From Clostridia bacterium (GTDB lineage Bacteria; Bacillota; Clostridia; UMGS1883; UMGS1540), in the NCBI GenBank assembly GCA_045533905.1, contig JAZSIR010000021.1:43283-107282 (forward strand): a stretch of 64,000 nucleotides of DNA, given 5' to 3'. A model generated the notes under the pieces. The model had not been told where the DNA came from. It worked only from the letters and a program-made list of their open reading frames with translations, and searched no databases. Shown in pieces: positions 19,128 to 27,780 of this stretch. Each line of letters opens with the position of its first letter. The stretch's first letter is position 1. The translations under genes and the position numbers were made by a program.

Positions 19128-21431
19128 GTGCTTTTTGTGAAAAATCCATTAATTACAATGTCAGCCGTTACAGGAAGGCCATCATTGAGTTTTGTCCAAA
19201 ATTATATGAAATCTCTTAAGGAAAATGGTATTGAACAAGTTATGATTTACCCGAGGTCAGGATGTGAGCTTGAATATTTAAGCAACGACTGGTTTAAGAC
19301 GGTAGAATACTTTTTAAAGTGTGCAAAGCGGTTGGATATGAACATATGGTTATATGATGATTTTAATTGGCCGTCAGGGGATGCGGGCGGAATGGTTTCA
19401 AAAAAATATATGTTGAAATCAATTACAACAGTAGGGAAAAATATAGGTGAAATCAGTACATATTCAGAGCATAATGGTAAGATTTTCGGAATAAAATCTT
19501 TTCCCGATTTGCTGTCTTTTGATGCTGTTGATTACTTTATAAACATCACTCACGAGCAATATTATAGACATTTTAAAGAATATTTTGGAAACACAATAAA
19601 AGGTATTTTCACCGACGAGCCAAGCATTGGATATTGCTGCAACAATTCATCTGTGCCATATTATGAACAGCTCCCCGATGATTATAAAAGCTTGTGCGGA
19701 GATGACTTTTATGATGATATGGAGCTTGGCAGAGACAAGTTTTACGAAACCGTTATGCTTGCAGTGGCAAACAGGTTTAAAGCATGCTATGTTGATAAAA
19801 TACGCAATTGGTGCGAGGAACACTCAATAGATATGTGTGGTCATATGATATATGATCACGAGCCTTGCGCTGCAACCCGAAATAACGGCAATTTATTGAC
19901 AATGCTTTCGTCATTCTCTATTGCGGGAGTAGATGAAATTAACACCAATCTAAATGATTCCACTCTCCTTTCTCTTTTCGGTGCTGCCCAATATGCAAGA
20001 AAGGGTAATTATGCTATGGCAGAATTATTTGCATTAGGACCGTGTGATATGTCATATACATTAAGAAAAAGTATGATTTTTTATTCTGCCTGCTTCAAAA
20101 TAAACCTTTACTTTCTGGCAGTTTCTCATATGGATATGAGAGGAAATACCGCAATACTTGATTATTTTAATGATTTCTCAATTTCTCAGCCGGATTTTTC
20201 AGGAATGAAGCTTTTGGCACAAGAGGCACAGTTAGCGGCTGAATATGCAGATAAGGATTTTACACCCGATGTATATATTGAATATCCTTCAGAATTATGT
20301 GCCGGTAACTTGATGAATAAAAATTTTAATACCAATATTTTTATAGCTCTTTTAAAACGACTTACCTACTATCAGATACAGTGGAAATTTATCGATAAAG
20401 GTGATGATACAAACAATATTGAAGTAATCAGACTTACAAAGGATAATACCTTAAAATACGCACATATCACAACAACCGATATAGATGAAATATGCAAAGC
20501 CCTTGCACAAAAACCGCTTGTTATCAATATTAACGGTGAACTGTGTGAAAATATTTTTGTGCGAAAATTTGATGATGGCAGCTTTGTTGTAATTAATCTT
20601 GATGCCGCACCGTCAAAATATATTATAAACCGCATTGATAAAGAGATTGACGGTTTTGGTGTAGTAACTGACAAGGATGTAATTCCTACCGAGTATAAAA
20701 AAGTAAAAGCTGAAATTCATGATTTTAATGTAAATTACTGCAATAAAAATATTATTCGTTGTATGTATGTTAATTCACAAGATTCAGCAATCATTAAAAG
20801 CAACTCAAATCAAACAGTTGAATTTGTTTTGAGAAACGATGCAAAAGCATATATTGACAATGAAATCATTACTGCACAAAAATTTTGCACCGACATTCCG
20901 TTTGGAATGCAATGTCTTTACAAATCATCAGAATCCATAACACTTTGTAATGGCAGCTTTGTTGTAACATCAAGCAGCGATTATAAATATATGCCAAGTG
21001 TTCTTATAAAGGGCGACTTTGACGCAGAAAGTATAAGCGGAGATGTTTGTCAAATCAATCTTTCTCCACGAAAAAACACACTTTGTATCGGTGATTATAT
21101 AAGCAGTTTTGGGAAAATTGAACTTTCTCAAAAAGTGTTTGTTCCGAAGGAAGCAAAATTTTTAGAGTTAAAAGGAACAACGCTTTATACCTGTGTATCA
21201 ATAAACGAAAAACCGGTAGGCGAGAGAATATGCTCTCCGTATATTTATAAAATTGACAGTAAATATTGCGATAGATTTGTGGATTTAAAAATAGTACAAT
21301 ATTCAAGCATTGCACCTATTTTTGGTGATGTGGAATATTGGGACAAGCATTCCAAAAATGTGTCGTGGAAAGGCATTAAATCACCACAAAAAACCAATTT
21401 CGGAGTAGCAGGAGCAGAGTGGTTGGTATGA
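19128..21431 (+). CDS. large uncharacterised protein, probable glycoside hydrolase (family not assignable by eye)
   Basis: 767 aa, no signal peptide. The N-terminal segment NIWLYDDFNWPSGDAGG resembles motifs I associate with sugar hydrolases. Divergent from an AraC gene. The start is uncertain (GTG 19128, GTG 19137 or ATG 19158). Confidence 0.35.
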   Translation: MLFVKNPLITMSAVTGRPSLSFVQNYMKSLKENGIEQVMIYPRSGCELEYLSNDWFKTVEYFLKCAKRLDMNIWLYDDFNWPSGDAGGMVSKKYMLKSITTVGKNIGEISTYSEHNGKIFGIKSFPDLLSFDAVDYFINITHEQYYRHFKEYFGNTIKGIFTDEPSIGYCCNNSSVPYYEQLPDDYKSLCGDDFYDDMELGRDKFYETVMLAVANRFKACYVDKIRNWCEEHSIDMCGHMIYDHEPCAATRNNGNLLTMLSSFSIAGVDEINTNLNDSTLLSLFGAAQYARKGNYAMAELFALGPCDMSYTLRKSMIFYSACFKINLYFLAVSHMDMRGNTAILDYFNDFSISQPDFSGMKLLAQEAQLAAEYADKDFTPDVYIEYPSELCAGNLMNKNFNTNIFIALLKRLTYYQIQWKFIDKGDDTNNIEVIRLTKDNTLKYAHITTTDIDEICKALAQKPLVININGELCENIFVRKFDDGSFVVINLDAAPSKYIINRIDKEIDGFGVVTDKDVIPTEYKKVKAEIHDFNVNYCNKNIIRCMYVNSQDSAIIKSNSNQTVEFVLRNDAKAYIDNEIITAQKFCTDIPFGMQCLYKSSESITLCNGSFVVTSSSDYKYMPSVLIKGDFDAESISGDVCQINLSPRKNTLCIGDYISSFGKIELSQKVFVPKEAKFLELKGTTLYTCVSINEKPVGERICSPYIYKIDSKYCDRFVDLKIVQYSSIAPIFGDVEYWDKHSKNVSWKGIKSPQKTNFGVAGAEWLV

Positions 21432-21934
21432 ATATTTTTGCATGGACAAGTGGTATTCTCGGAATAACTGCAAATGTGATAATCTATCAGCAAGAAAGCG
21501 GTAAACGAGTTTTGATATACAAGCTTATTTCTGATTTTATATGGGTTTTTCACTATTATACACTTAACGCATATTCGGGGATGGCGGTAGCAATGGTAGG
21601 TATTTTAAGAGAAATTGTTTTCTTAACCCAACAAAAAACGGAAATATCAAAAATCTGGCTGATAATTTTCATGGGCGTTGCGATGGTATGTGCATCCTTC
21701 ACATGGAAAGGTGTAATAAGCTTTCTGCCCGCCACAGCTTCTGTTTTGTCGGTTATAAGCTTTTGGAAAGCAAATCCGGTATTTACAAGAATAATTGCCT
21801 ATCCTATTTCTATTTGTATGTTAACATACGATATTGTATATAAATCATATACAGGAATTACTAACGAAGTATTAACTTTTATTTCATCTACAATAGGTAT
21901 AATACGAATGCGTAAAAAGGTAAATTTAATATAA
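21419..21934 (+). CDS. YgjV-family small inner-membrane protein
   Basis: 171 aa with ~5 TM segments. Overlaps the preceding gene by 13 nt. Similar in architecture to the backbone gene at 43494-44024. Confidence 0.5.
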   Translation: MVGMNIFAWTSGILGITANVIIYQQESGKRVLIYKLISDFIWVFHYYTLNAYSGMAVAMVGILREIVFLTQQKTEISKIWLIIFMGVAMVCASFTWKGVISFLPATASVLSVISFWKANPVFTRIIAYPISICMLTYDIVYKSYTGITNEVLTFISSTIGIIRMRKKVNLI

Positions 21935-22039
21935 AGGGGTAATAACAATGAGCGAATTAAGAATGGGTGTAATTAATTAGGAAAGAACTTTAATACGCTA
22001 TTGATGCCGGGATTATGAAAAAAATGGCCTAACAGATTT

Positions 22040-22276
22040 TCCTGAAGATACCGGTATCAGGGTTATACAAAGACAGAGTGTATCCCCGGTCCAACAAATC
22101 AGGAGTTAAAAGATGGTGCTGATATGTTTTGCAGATGGATGGAAGAAAATATAAGCTATATGAAAAGGATGCATATCCTGACATTTGCATGGAATGAATT
22201 CGAAGAAGGAGCATGGCTGTGCCCCACATGTATTGATGACTCAAGTATAGACGATAGCCGTATTAAAGCATTTTAA
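22040..22276 (+). pseudogene. frame-disrupted C-terminal remnant of a GH99-like/WbsX-family gene
   Basis: Hand translation gives ...DGADMFCRWMEENISYMKRMHILTFAWNEFEEGAWLCPTCIDDSSIDDSRIKAF*. The AWNEFEEGAW segment resembles the WNEW.EG motif. Upstream frames are broken by stops. Confidence 0.3.
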
Positions 22277-22340
22277 AATATTGTAAAAATGTGGAAGTCA
22301 AAGCTTGGGTAAGCTTTTATATAAATATTAATATGTGATA

Positions 22341-22373
22341 AATATGCTCGCCTTTAATAAAGACGAGCATATT
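22341..22373. terminator. stem-loop immediately before the R4 stop codon
   Basis: AATATGCTCG-(13 nt)-CGAGCATATT, a 10-bp stem. Confidence 0.4.
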
Positions 22374-22374
22374 A

Positions 22375-22530
22375 CTATTTAATCTTCTCAGCTTCGGAGA
22401 GCATATTCTCAATAAATATCCCATACCCACGGGTTGGGTCATTTATAAAAACATGAGTTACTGCACCAACTAACTTGCCATTTTGCAGGATGGGTGAACC
22501 CGACACGACTGTTGTCAATAGGGGACAACA
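22375..22530 (-). repeat. R4: displaced copy of the spoIVB 3' end (22375-22503) plus the 7-7-7 inverted repeat (22510-22530)
   Basis: The minus strand reads [42 protein letters not shown] (TAG stop). The inverted repeat is TGTTGTC-AATAGGG-GACAACA, and the activase gene ends inside it. Confidence 0.85.
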
Positions 22531-23396
22531 TTTTTCACACCGATGGCTTTGATTTTTTCTGCAACCAATGCAATTTCATCCTTTGTAGGTAATGGAACCA
22601 TTGACAAAGGATAACCAAGCTCCATACACTCATATTTTCTTTCCGCATAGTTGTGATAAGGCAGTATCCGCAGTACTTTTACGGATTTTAAATCTTTAAC
22701 AAAGGCTGCAATTTTCTCCGCTTCACCGTCATTCATTGTTGGTATGTATGGATATCTTATTTCTATAGGGATACGCAGAGAATCGATATATTTTATGTTT
22801 TCAAGTATCTGTTTATTTGATACTCCTGTGCATTTTGTGTGAATATCCTCATTGATAGCCTTTATATCAAAGAGAAATGTGTCGGTATAGGGGATGATTT
22901 TATCAAAAGCCACTCTGTTTACAAATCCGCTGGTGTCCACGGCAATATTTATATCGTGTTCTTTCAGAAGCTTTGCAATTTCTACGCAAAAGTCCGCCTG
23001 CATAAGCGGTTCACCACCGGAAAAGGTTACACCTCCGCCACTGCCTTTCATAAATATTTCGTCTTTAAGAACTTCTTTTGCTATTTCCTCTGCAGAAGAT
23101 GTTTTACCTGAAATTTCGAATGCATTATTGGGACAGATATCTTCACATTTCCCGCATAACGTACATTTTTCTTTGATAAACATATGCTTTTCGTCTTTGA
23201 TTACATTTGCCTCACATATTTTGGTGCATCGCATACAATTACCGCAAGCAGTTTTGTCAAAAAGTATTTCTTTTTCAAAGGAAAATGATTCCGGATTGTG
23301 ACACCATTTACATCGGAGGGGACACCCCTTGAAAAATACAGTTGTTCTTATGCCATCGCCGTCGTGAATTTCAAAAGGCTTTATAGCAAAAATCAT
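22515..23396 (-). CDS. glycyl-radical enzyme activating protein (radical SAM)
   Basis: 293 aa. [12 protein letters not shown] (CxxxCxxC) plus two ferredoxin-type clusters, [11 protein letters not shown] and [16 protein letters not shown] motif present. Confidence 0.9.
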   Translation of the reverse strand: MIFAIKPFEIHDGDGIRTTVFFKGCPLRCKWCHNPESFSFEKEILFDKTACGNCMRCTKICEANVIKDEKHMFIKEKCTLCGKCEDICPNNAFEISGKTSSAEEIAKEVLKDEIFMKGSGGGVTFSGGEPLMQADFCVEIAKLLKEHDINIAVDTSGFVNRVAFDKIIPYTDTFLFDIKAINEDIHTKCTGVSNKQILENIKYIDSLRIPIEIRYPYIPTMNDGEAEKIAAFVKDLKSVKVLRILPYHNYAERKYECMELGYPLSMVPLPTKDEIALVAEKIKAIGVKNVVPY

Positions 23397-25594
23397 TAGC
23401 CCGACACCTCACATTGCTTTATAAACATATCTTGTTTTACTTTGCTGAGCTTTACAAAATATTCATTCCAGCCACATACCCTTACCTGAAGAGTTGAATA
23501 TTTTTCAGGATATTTCTGAGCTTCAATCAAAGTCTCTCTTTTTACTATATTTCCCTGCATTGCAAATCCGCCATTATCGAGGAAGATTTTGATAAGAGAA
23601 ATAAAGTCCTCAAGACCTTTTTCGCCTTCAACGGCAGAAGGATGTAATATAAAATCAAACGGTACTCCGTCTACAAAAGATGCTGAGTCAATTTTCAATA
23701 CAGATTGCATATATGCGGTAATACCGCCCCTGTCCATTCCGTCGGATGCACACAGATTTTTGGAAATCGGTTTTTTTGCATTTCTTCCGTCAGATGTAGC
23801 AGATGTTTTTTCTCCGTGTTTTATACAATGATATACCGAATCAAGTCCAAGACGCACCTTGCCGCCTCTTTCGAGATTCTTGTTGCAATAACGATTGGCA
23901 AGATTTTCTAAAATGTCGGTCATTATCTTATCGGGAATGGTCATATTATTTCCATACTTTTCTTTGTCGTTGATAATTCTCTTTTGCAAATCTTCAAACC
24001 CTTTCCAGTCTGACAAAAGAGCTCTTCTCATATCGTCAAGTGAAATTTCCTTAAGGTCAAATACATATTTTTTTATTGCAACAAGAGAATCCACCGTAGT
24101 TGCAAGACCGTGATGCTTTAAAGATAAATTATTATACTTCAAAGGATATTCGTGCACATCCATACCTTTTTCAATACATTCTGAAAAACTACTCGAATAT
24201 ATAGGCGAAGGATTAATAAGTGTACTGTATTCTCCTTGCTTTTCAATGAAATCCAACGCAAAGTCGGTGCAGTAATTCAGTTGTTTTAAGTAGATGTCAA
24301 AAAACTCCTCAAAACTTTTAATATCTGTTTTACTTTCATATCCAACCTGAGAATCTGTCATAATATCTCTACCGCCATTTATAGCAAATTCAACACATTT
24401 TACCGTATTAAAACGAAGTGCCGAAATTTCACCTTCTTCCAATCCCATAATAATAGGCTCATAACAACCAAGTATAACATAGTTCTGTGAATCTTCTTTA
24501 GGTATGCCGATTTTTTCGTATGCATCAAATACCGCTTCGTCATTAATAAGACATATACTGCTGTGTCCGCCTCTTATCATTAAAGCGGCTTTTCTTATGA
24601 TTTTTTCGTCTATGTTTTTATGACATCTTATGTGAATTTTGGGGTCATAAATGCCCATTTCATCATATACGTTTAAAATAAGATGACTGAGCTCATTAGT
24701 GTAATCATTTCCGTCCTTGTCAGAACCGCACATGGTAAATGGTTGTTCAGCAAATCTTTTTGCCGCTGTGAAATGAATGAAATAATACCTGAAGAGCTCT
24801 TTAATTTCTTCTTCTGTTTTTCCTGTTGCCTTGTCTTTTTCAAAATATGGAAAATACATTCTGTCAATGGGCCCGAGTGTTCTGGCTTTTTCGACTCCGA
24901 TTTCCTCAAAATAAAGATAGAGTATGGAAAATTGCATTACCTCATACAAATTTTCGGGTGGCTTTGTCATAAGATTTTTTATGCACCTTGAAAACTCCGG
25001 CACATTGAATTTAAGTGAATATGTGTATATTCTGTCAAGAAGTCTTAAAATTGCATTATAGCATATTAATACAGAGTCAAGAAAAACAATTTGTTTATCC
25101 AGATAGTTTCCGCTTGCTATAAGCTTTTCTTTTGAATTTTTAACGTTTTTAATAATTCCTGCAAAACCATTTTCCAATAGATATGACCAGTTGGGAACAG
25201 TATGAATAAAATCAACCATCATCCAATCAAGACCAACATCTGCAAATTTTTTAAATTTTTCATATTCTTCAGGGAGCTTTTTTTTGCGAATTTTTTCTGT
25301 TTGCGAATAAAAAGCTTTACAAAAAACAGTATCTGTAGCAAAATAAGAATAGTCAATTCCAAGGTTTAGTTTTACCGAAAATGGTGTATGCTCATTGATT
25401 TCCAGTTGCAGATTATCCAAAAGATACGAATATGCATTTGCGCACACAATTTCCCTGGGTAATTCTGTTTCGTAATTTTGAAATTCCTGTAGCTTTGATA
25501 ATAAGATTTTGGGTGAAAGTCCTGTGGATTCATCCCAGATTGCTTGTTCAAATCCATTTTGTATGAAGTCTCTGTTTTCTTTGAATTTTTGCAT
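23396..25594 (-). CDS. glycyl-radical enzyme (PFL-fold), unknown substrate
   Basis: 732 aa. C-terminal glycyl-radical fingerprint TLQVRVCGWNEYFVKL and a mid-protein LGCYEPII Cys loop. Overlaps the activase start by 1 nt. Confidence 0.85.
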   Translation of the reverse strand: MQKFKENRDFIQNGFEQAIWDESTGLSPKILLSKLQEFQNYETELPREIVCANAYSYLLDNLQLEINEHTPFSVKLNLGIDYSYFATDTVFCKAFYSQTEKIRKKKLPEEYEKFKKFADVGLDWMMVDFIHTVPNWSYLLENGFAGIIKNVKNSKEKLIASGNYLDKQIVFLDSVLICYNAILRLLDRIYTYSLKFNVPEFSRCIKNLMTKPPENLYEVMQFSILYLYFEEIGVEKARTLGPIDRMYFPYFEKDKATGKTEEEIKELFRYYFIHFTAAKRFAEQPFTMCGSDKDGNDYTNELSHLILNVYDEMGIYDPKIHIRCHKNIDEKIIRKAALMIRGGHSSICLINDEAVFDAYEKIGIPKEDSQNYVILGCYEPIIMGLEEGEISALRFNTVKCVEFAINGGRDIMTDSQVGYESKTDIKSFEEFFDIYLKQLNYCTDFALDFIEKQGEYSTLINPSPIYSSSFSECIEKGMDVHEYPLKYNNLSLKHHGLATTVDSLVAIKKYVFDLKEISLDDMRRALLSDWKGFEDLQKRIINDKEKYGNNMTIPDKIMTDILENLANRYCNKNLERGGKVRLGLDSVYHCIKHGEKTSATSDGRNAKKPISKNLCASDGMDRGGITAYMQSVLKIDSASFVDGVPFDFILHPSAVEGEKGLEDFISLIKIFLDNGGFAMQGNIVKRETLIEAQKYPEKYSTLQVRVCGWNEYFVKLSKVKQDMFIKQCEVSG

Positions 25595-25728
25595 AATTTA
25601 ATCACCTCTTGCAATGTATTATACCTTTGCTTTAACGCGAAGTAAATGCATTATAGAGTCAAATAGATGTAAAAATCCGTCATTGACATTTATGGATATT
25701 TATTGTATAGTTTAATTGGTGATGATTT

Positions 25729-26499
25729 ATGAATGATATATGTATCAAAGAAATAGTCAATGTTTACCACAGGAATAAAATCATGTGGAGAAGAAATTCT
25801 TTTGCTCCACGTGCTTTCGATGCTGTTGTTTTATTTACACACGGAGAAATAGAATATAAATTTTCTGACAAAACCTTTGTTGCAAAAAAAGGTGATTTTC
25901 TATTGTTGCCGTGCGATATTGCATATTCAGGAAAAATGCATACTGATAATGCTTCTTATTATGTAGTAGACTTTAGGTGTTTATGTGCTGACGAATTTAA
26001 AAATTATATAGCACCGGGTGTTTTTAAAACAGAAAATTTTGGTTTGTTTGTTTCTAAATTTGAAAATGCAGTGAAATCATGGGATGTTCACACACTCAAT
26101 GCAAATCTCAAAATCAAATCATTACTTTATTCTGTGCTTGCAGAATTCCAAAAACAGAAAGAAATGAATTTTAAAACAACAAGTATTTATGATATTATAG
26201 AATACATATCTGATCATATTGGTGATTCAAATCTTAATGTAACAGAGTTATGCAGACTGTTTCATATATCGGATTCTCAACTCAGAAGAAATATTTTAAA
26301 AAATACCGGCTTATCTCCAAACGAATATATATTTACAATAAGAGTGAACAAAGCAAAAAACGAACTCTCGTACACCGATAAACCGATTCAAATGATTTCT
26401 TACGAATGCGGCTTTTCATCACCATATTATTTCTCAAGATGTTTTTCCAAAAGTACAGGAATGTCCCCCTCAAAATACAGAACACTCACCCGTACATGA
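25729..26499 (+). CDS. AraC-family regulator (cupin plus HTH)
   Basis: 256 aa. C-terminal HTH CGFSSPYYFSRCFSKSTGMSPSKYR. Divergent from the GRE operon. Confidence 0.85.
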   Translation: MNDICIKEIVNVYHRNKIMWRRNSFAPRAFDAVVLFTHGEIEYKFSDKTFVAKKGDFLLLPCDIAYSGKMHTDNASYYVVDFRCLCADEFKNYIAPGVFKTENFGLFVSKFENAVKSWDVHTLNANLKIKSLLYSVLAEFQKQKEMNFKTTSIYDIIEYISDHIGDSNLNVTELCRLFHISDSQLRRNILKNTGLSPNEYIFTIRVNKAKNELSYTDKPIQMISYECGFSSPYYFSRCFSKSTGMSPSKYRTLTRT

Positions 26500-26511
26500 G
26501 CAGGTGAGTGT
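26482..26511. terminator. stem-loop overlapping the AraC stop, 12 nt from the spoIVB stop codon (serves both convergent genes)
   Basis: ACACTCACC-(12 nt)-GGTGAGTGT, followed by TTT. Confidence 0.5.
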
Positions 26512-26522
26512 TTTCGATTCTG

Positions 26523-27722
26523 TTATTTAATTTTCTCCACTTCCGCTAGCATGTTTTCAATAAATATCCCATAACCTCTTGTTGGATCATTCACAAAAAC
26601 GTGAGTTATTGCACCAACGAGTTTGCCGTTTTGGATTATAGGCGAACCCGACATACCTTGCACGATGCCGCCGGTGAGCCGCAAAAGGCGCTCGTCCGTG
26701 ATTTTCAGGACCATACTTTTTCCGTTTCCGCTGCGGCGCGAAAGTTTTTCGATTTCGACGGTGTACGCCTTTTTCTCGCCGTCAATACTGCTGAAGATGA
26801 CGGCATCGCCTTTTTGTACCTGTGTGCTCGCAGCAATGGGGACGGAGATGCCGTCCTTTCCCATTTCGCTTTTGCCGAAGAGGCCGACGGCCTCATTTTT
26901 CAAAATGGTGCCCACATCCGCTCCGAACACGCCGCGCACCGCGCCGGGAACGCCGTTCTCCCCTTTATCGATCTGTACGATTTCGCACGCGGTGATGCTG
27001 CCGTGCGCAGGCGGCACGGCTTCTTCGGTATCGGGGTCGAGAATCGCGTGGCCGAGGGCCGCGTAGGTGCCGTCCTCGGGAATGTAGAAGGTGACGGTGC
27101 CGATACCGGCTGTGCTCTCGCGCACCCAAAGGCCGAGCTTGTAGGCGCCGCCATCGGCGTACCAGACGGGTGTGATTTCCGCATCCCACTGCTTTTCCCT
27201 GCGGCAGACCGTGAGCGTCATCGCTTTGCCGCCGCTTTTTACAACGGCCTCCTCGAGCATATCGCTCCCCGAAAGGCGTGCGCCGTTCACGGCCACGATT
27301 CTGTCGCCCGCACGGATGCCGGCTTCCTTCCCCGGGGCGCGGCCTGTTTGGGGAATTTCGGAAAGGCCGATGACGAGAACACCGTCCATATACAGCTTAA
27401 TGCCGACTGCCTCGCCCCCTAACGTGACGTTTCTGCCCTCCACCACGCTTACGGCGGCCGTCCGCCGCCAAAGGCCGAAGGCGGAAAGGTCCATCGTATA
27501 CGCGCCGGCCTTTTCGGGCGTTACCAGAAAGCGGTTGTCTTCTTTTGTAAAATGAAAATCGCCTTCGGAAGCGATGGGCGCAACGAAGGCGGGCAGGGCG
27601 TGCTTTTCCCCGCGGAGCATCACAAACTCCGAAGGCAGAAGCGTGCCGTAAAAATAACAAAAAATCAAGGAAACAGAAAGCGCGCCGACAGCGAGACGGC
27701 GCGCGTATTTTTGCCTCTTCAT
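26523..27722 (-). CDS. spoIVB: SpoIVB sporulation signalling serine peptidase (S55), PDZ domain plus peptidase domain
   Basis: 399 aa. N-terminal TM segment, PDZ (GIRAGDRIVAVNG), and active-site region [42 protein letters not shown]. Confidence 0.9.
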   Translation of the reverse strand: MKRQKYARRLAVGALSVSLIFCYFYGTLLPSEFVMLRGEKHALPAFVAPIASEGDFHFTKEDNRFLVTPEKAGAYTMDLSAFGLWRRTAAVSVVEGRNVTLGGEAVGIKLYMDGVLVIGLSEIPQTGRAPGKEAGIRAGDRIVAVNGARLSGSDMLEEAVVKSGGKAMTLTVCRREKQWDAEITPVWYADGGAYKLGLWVRESTAGIGTVTFYIPEDGTYAALGHAILDPDTEEAVPPAHGSITACEIVQIDKGENGVPGAVRGVFGADVGTILKNEAVGLFGKSEMGKDGISVPIAASTQVQKGDAVIFSSIDGEKKAYTVEIEKLSRRSGNGKSMVLKITDERLLRLTGGIVQGMSGSPIIQNGKLVGAITHVFVNDPTRGYGIFIENMLAEVEKIK

Positions 27723-27780
27723 TTTCTCACCTCGGCTTTAGTTTTGCCGAATGTGGCGAGGATATAAGAATCAATTTTTG

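Larger units (their letters stand above)
18183..22509 (-). mobile_element. Module C (~4.3 kb): hairpin, AraC regulator, 767-aa putative glycosidase, YgjV-like membrane protein, gene remnant, hairpin, tail copy R4
   Basis: AT-rich block bounded by the R3 hairpin and the R4 tail. No recombinase is present. Confidence 0.55.
22510..26654 (-). mobile_element. Module D (~4.1 kb): hairpin, glycyl-radical activase, glycyl-radical enzyme, AraC regulator, terminator, and the 3' end now used by the live spoIVB
   Basis: AT-rich block running from the R4 hairpin to the composition break inside spoIVB at ~26654. Confidence 0.55.

Noticed and set aside
22510-22530. TGTTGTC-N7-GACAACA hairpins as ordinary rho-independent terminators of the cargo genes
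   Set aside because: The stem is only 7 bp and AT-poor in strength. In the orientation of the cargo genes (minus strand) it is followed by GTCG..., not a U tract. T runs follow only on the plus strand at two of the four copies. Strict conservation of the arms across otherwise unrelated modules fits a recombination or recognition site better. A weak terminator role is not excluded.
11281-22530. CRISPR array
   Set aside because: The repeats are ~130-180 bp and ~75-95% identical, and they are separated by 3-4 kb of genes. This is not a set of short regular repeats with short spacers. No cas genes are present.
11281-26654. Island as a skin-like intervening element excised during sporulation, or as a prophage
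   Set aside because: spoIVB is not interrupted, because a complete in-frame 3' end is present. There is no SpoIVCA-type recombinase, and no phage structural, lysis or replication genes are visible.
26601-27555. Plus-strand ORFs of 127-273 aa inside spoIVB
   Set aside because: They are antisense shadow ORFs of the GC-rich part of spoIVB.
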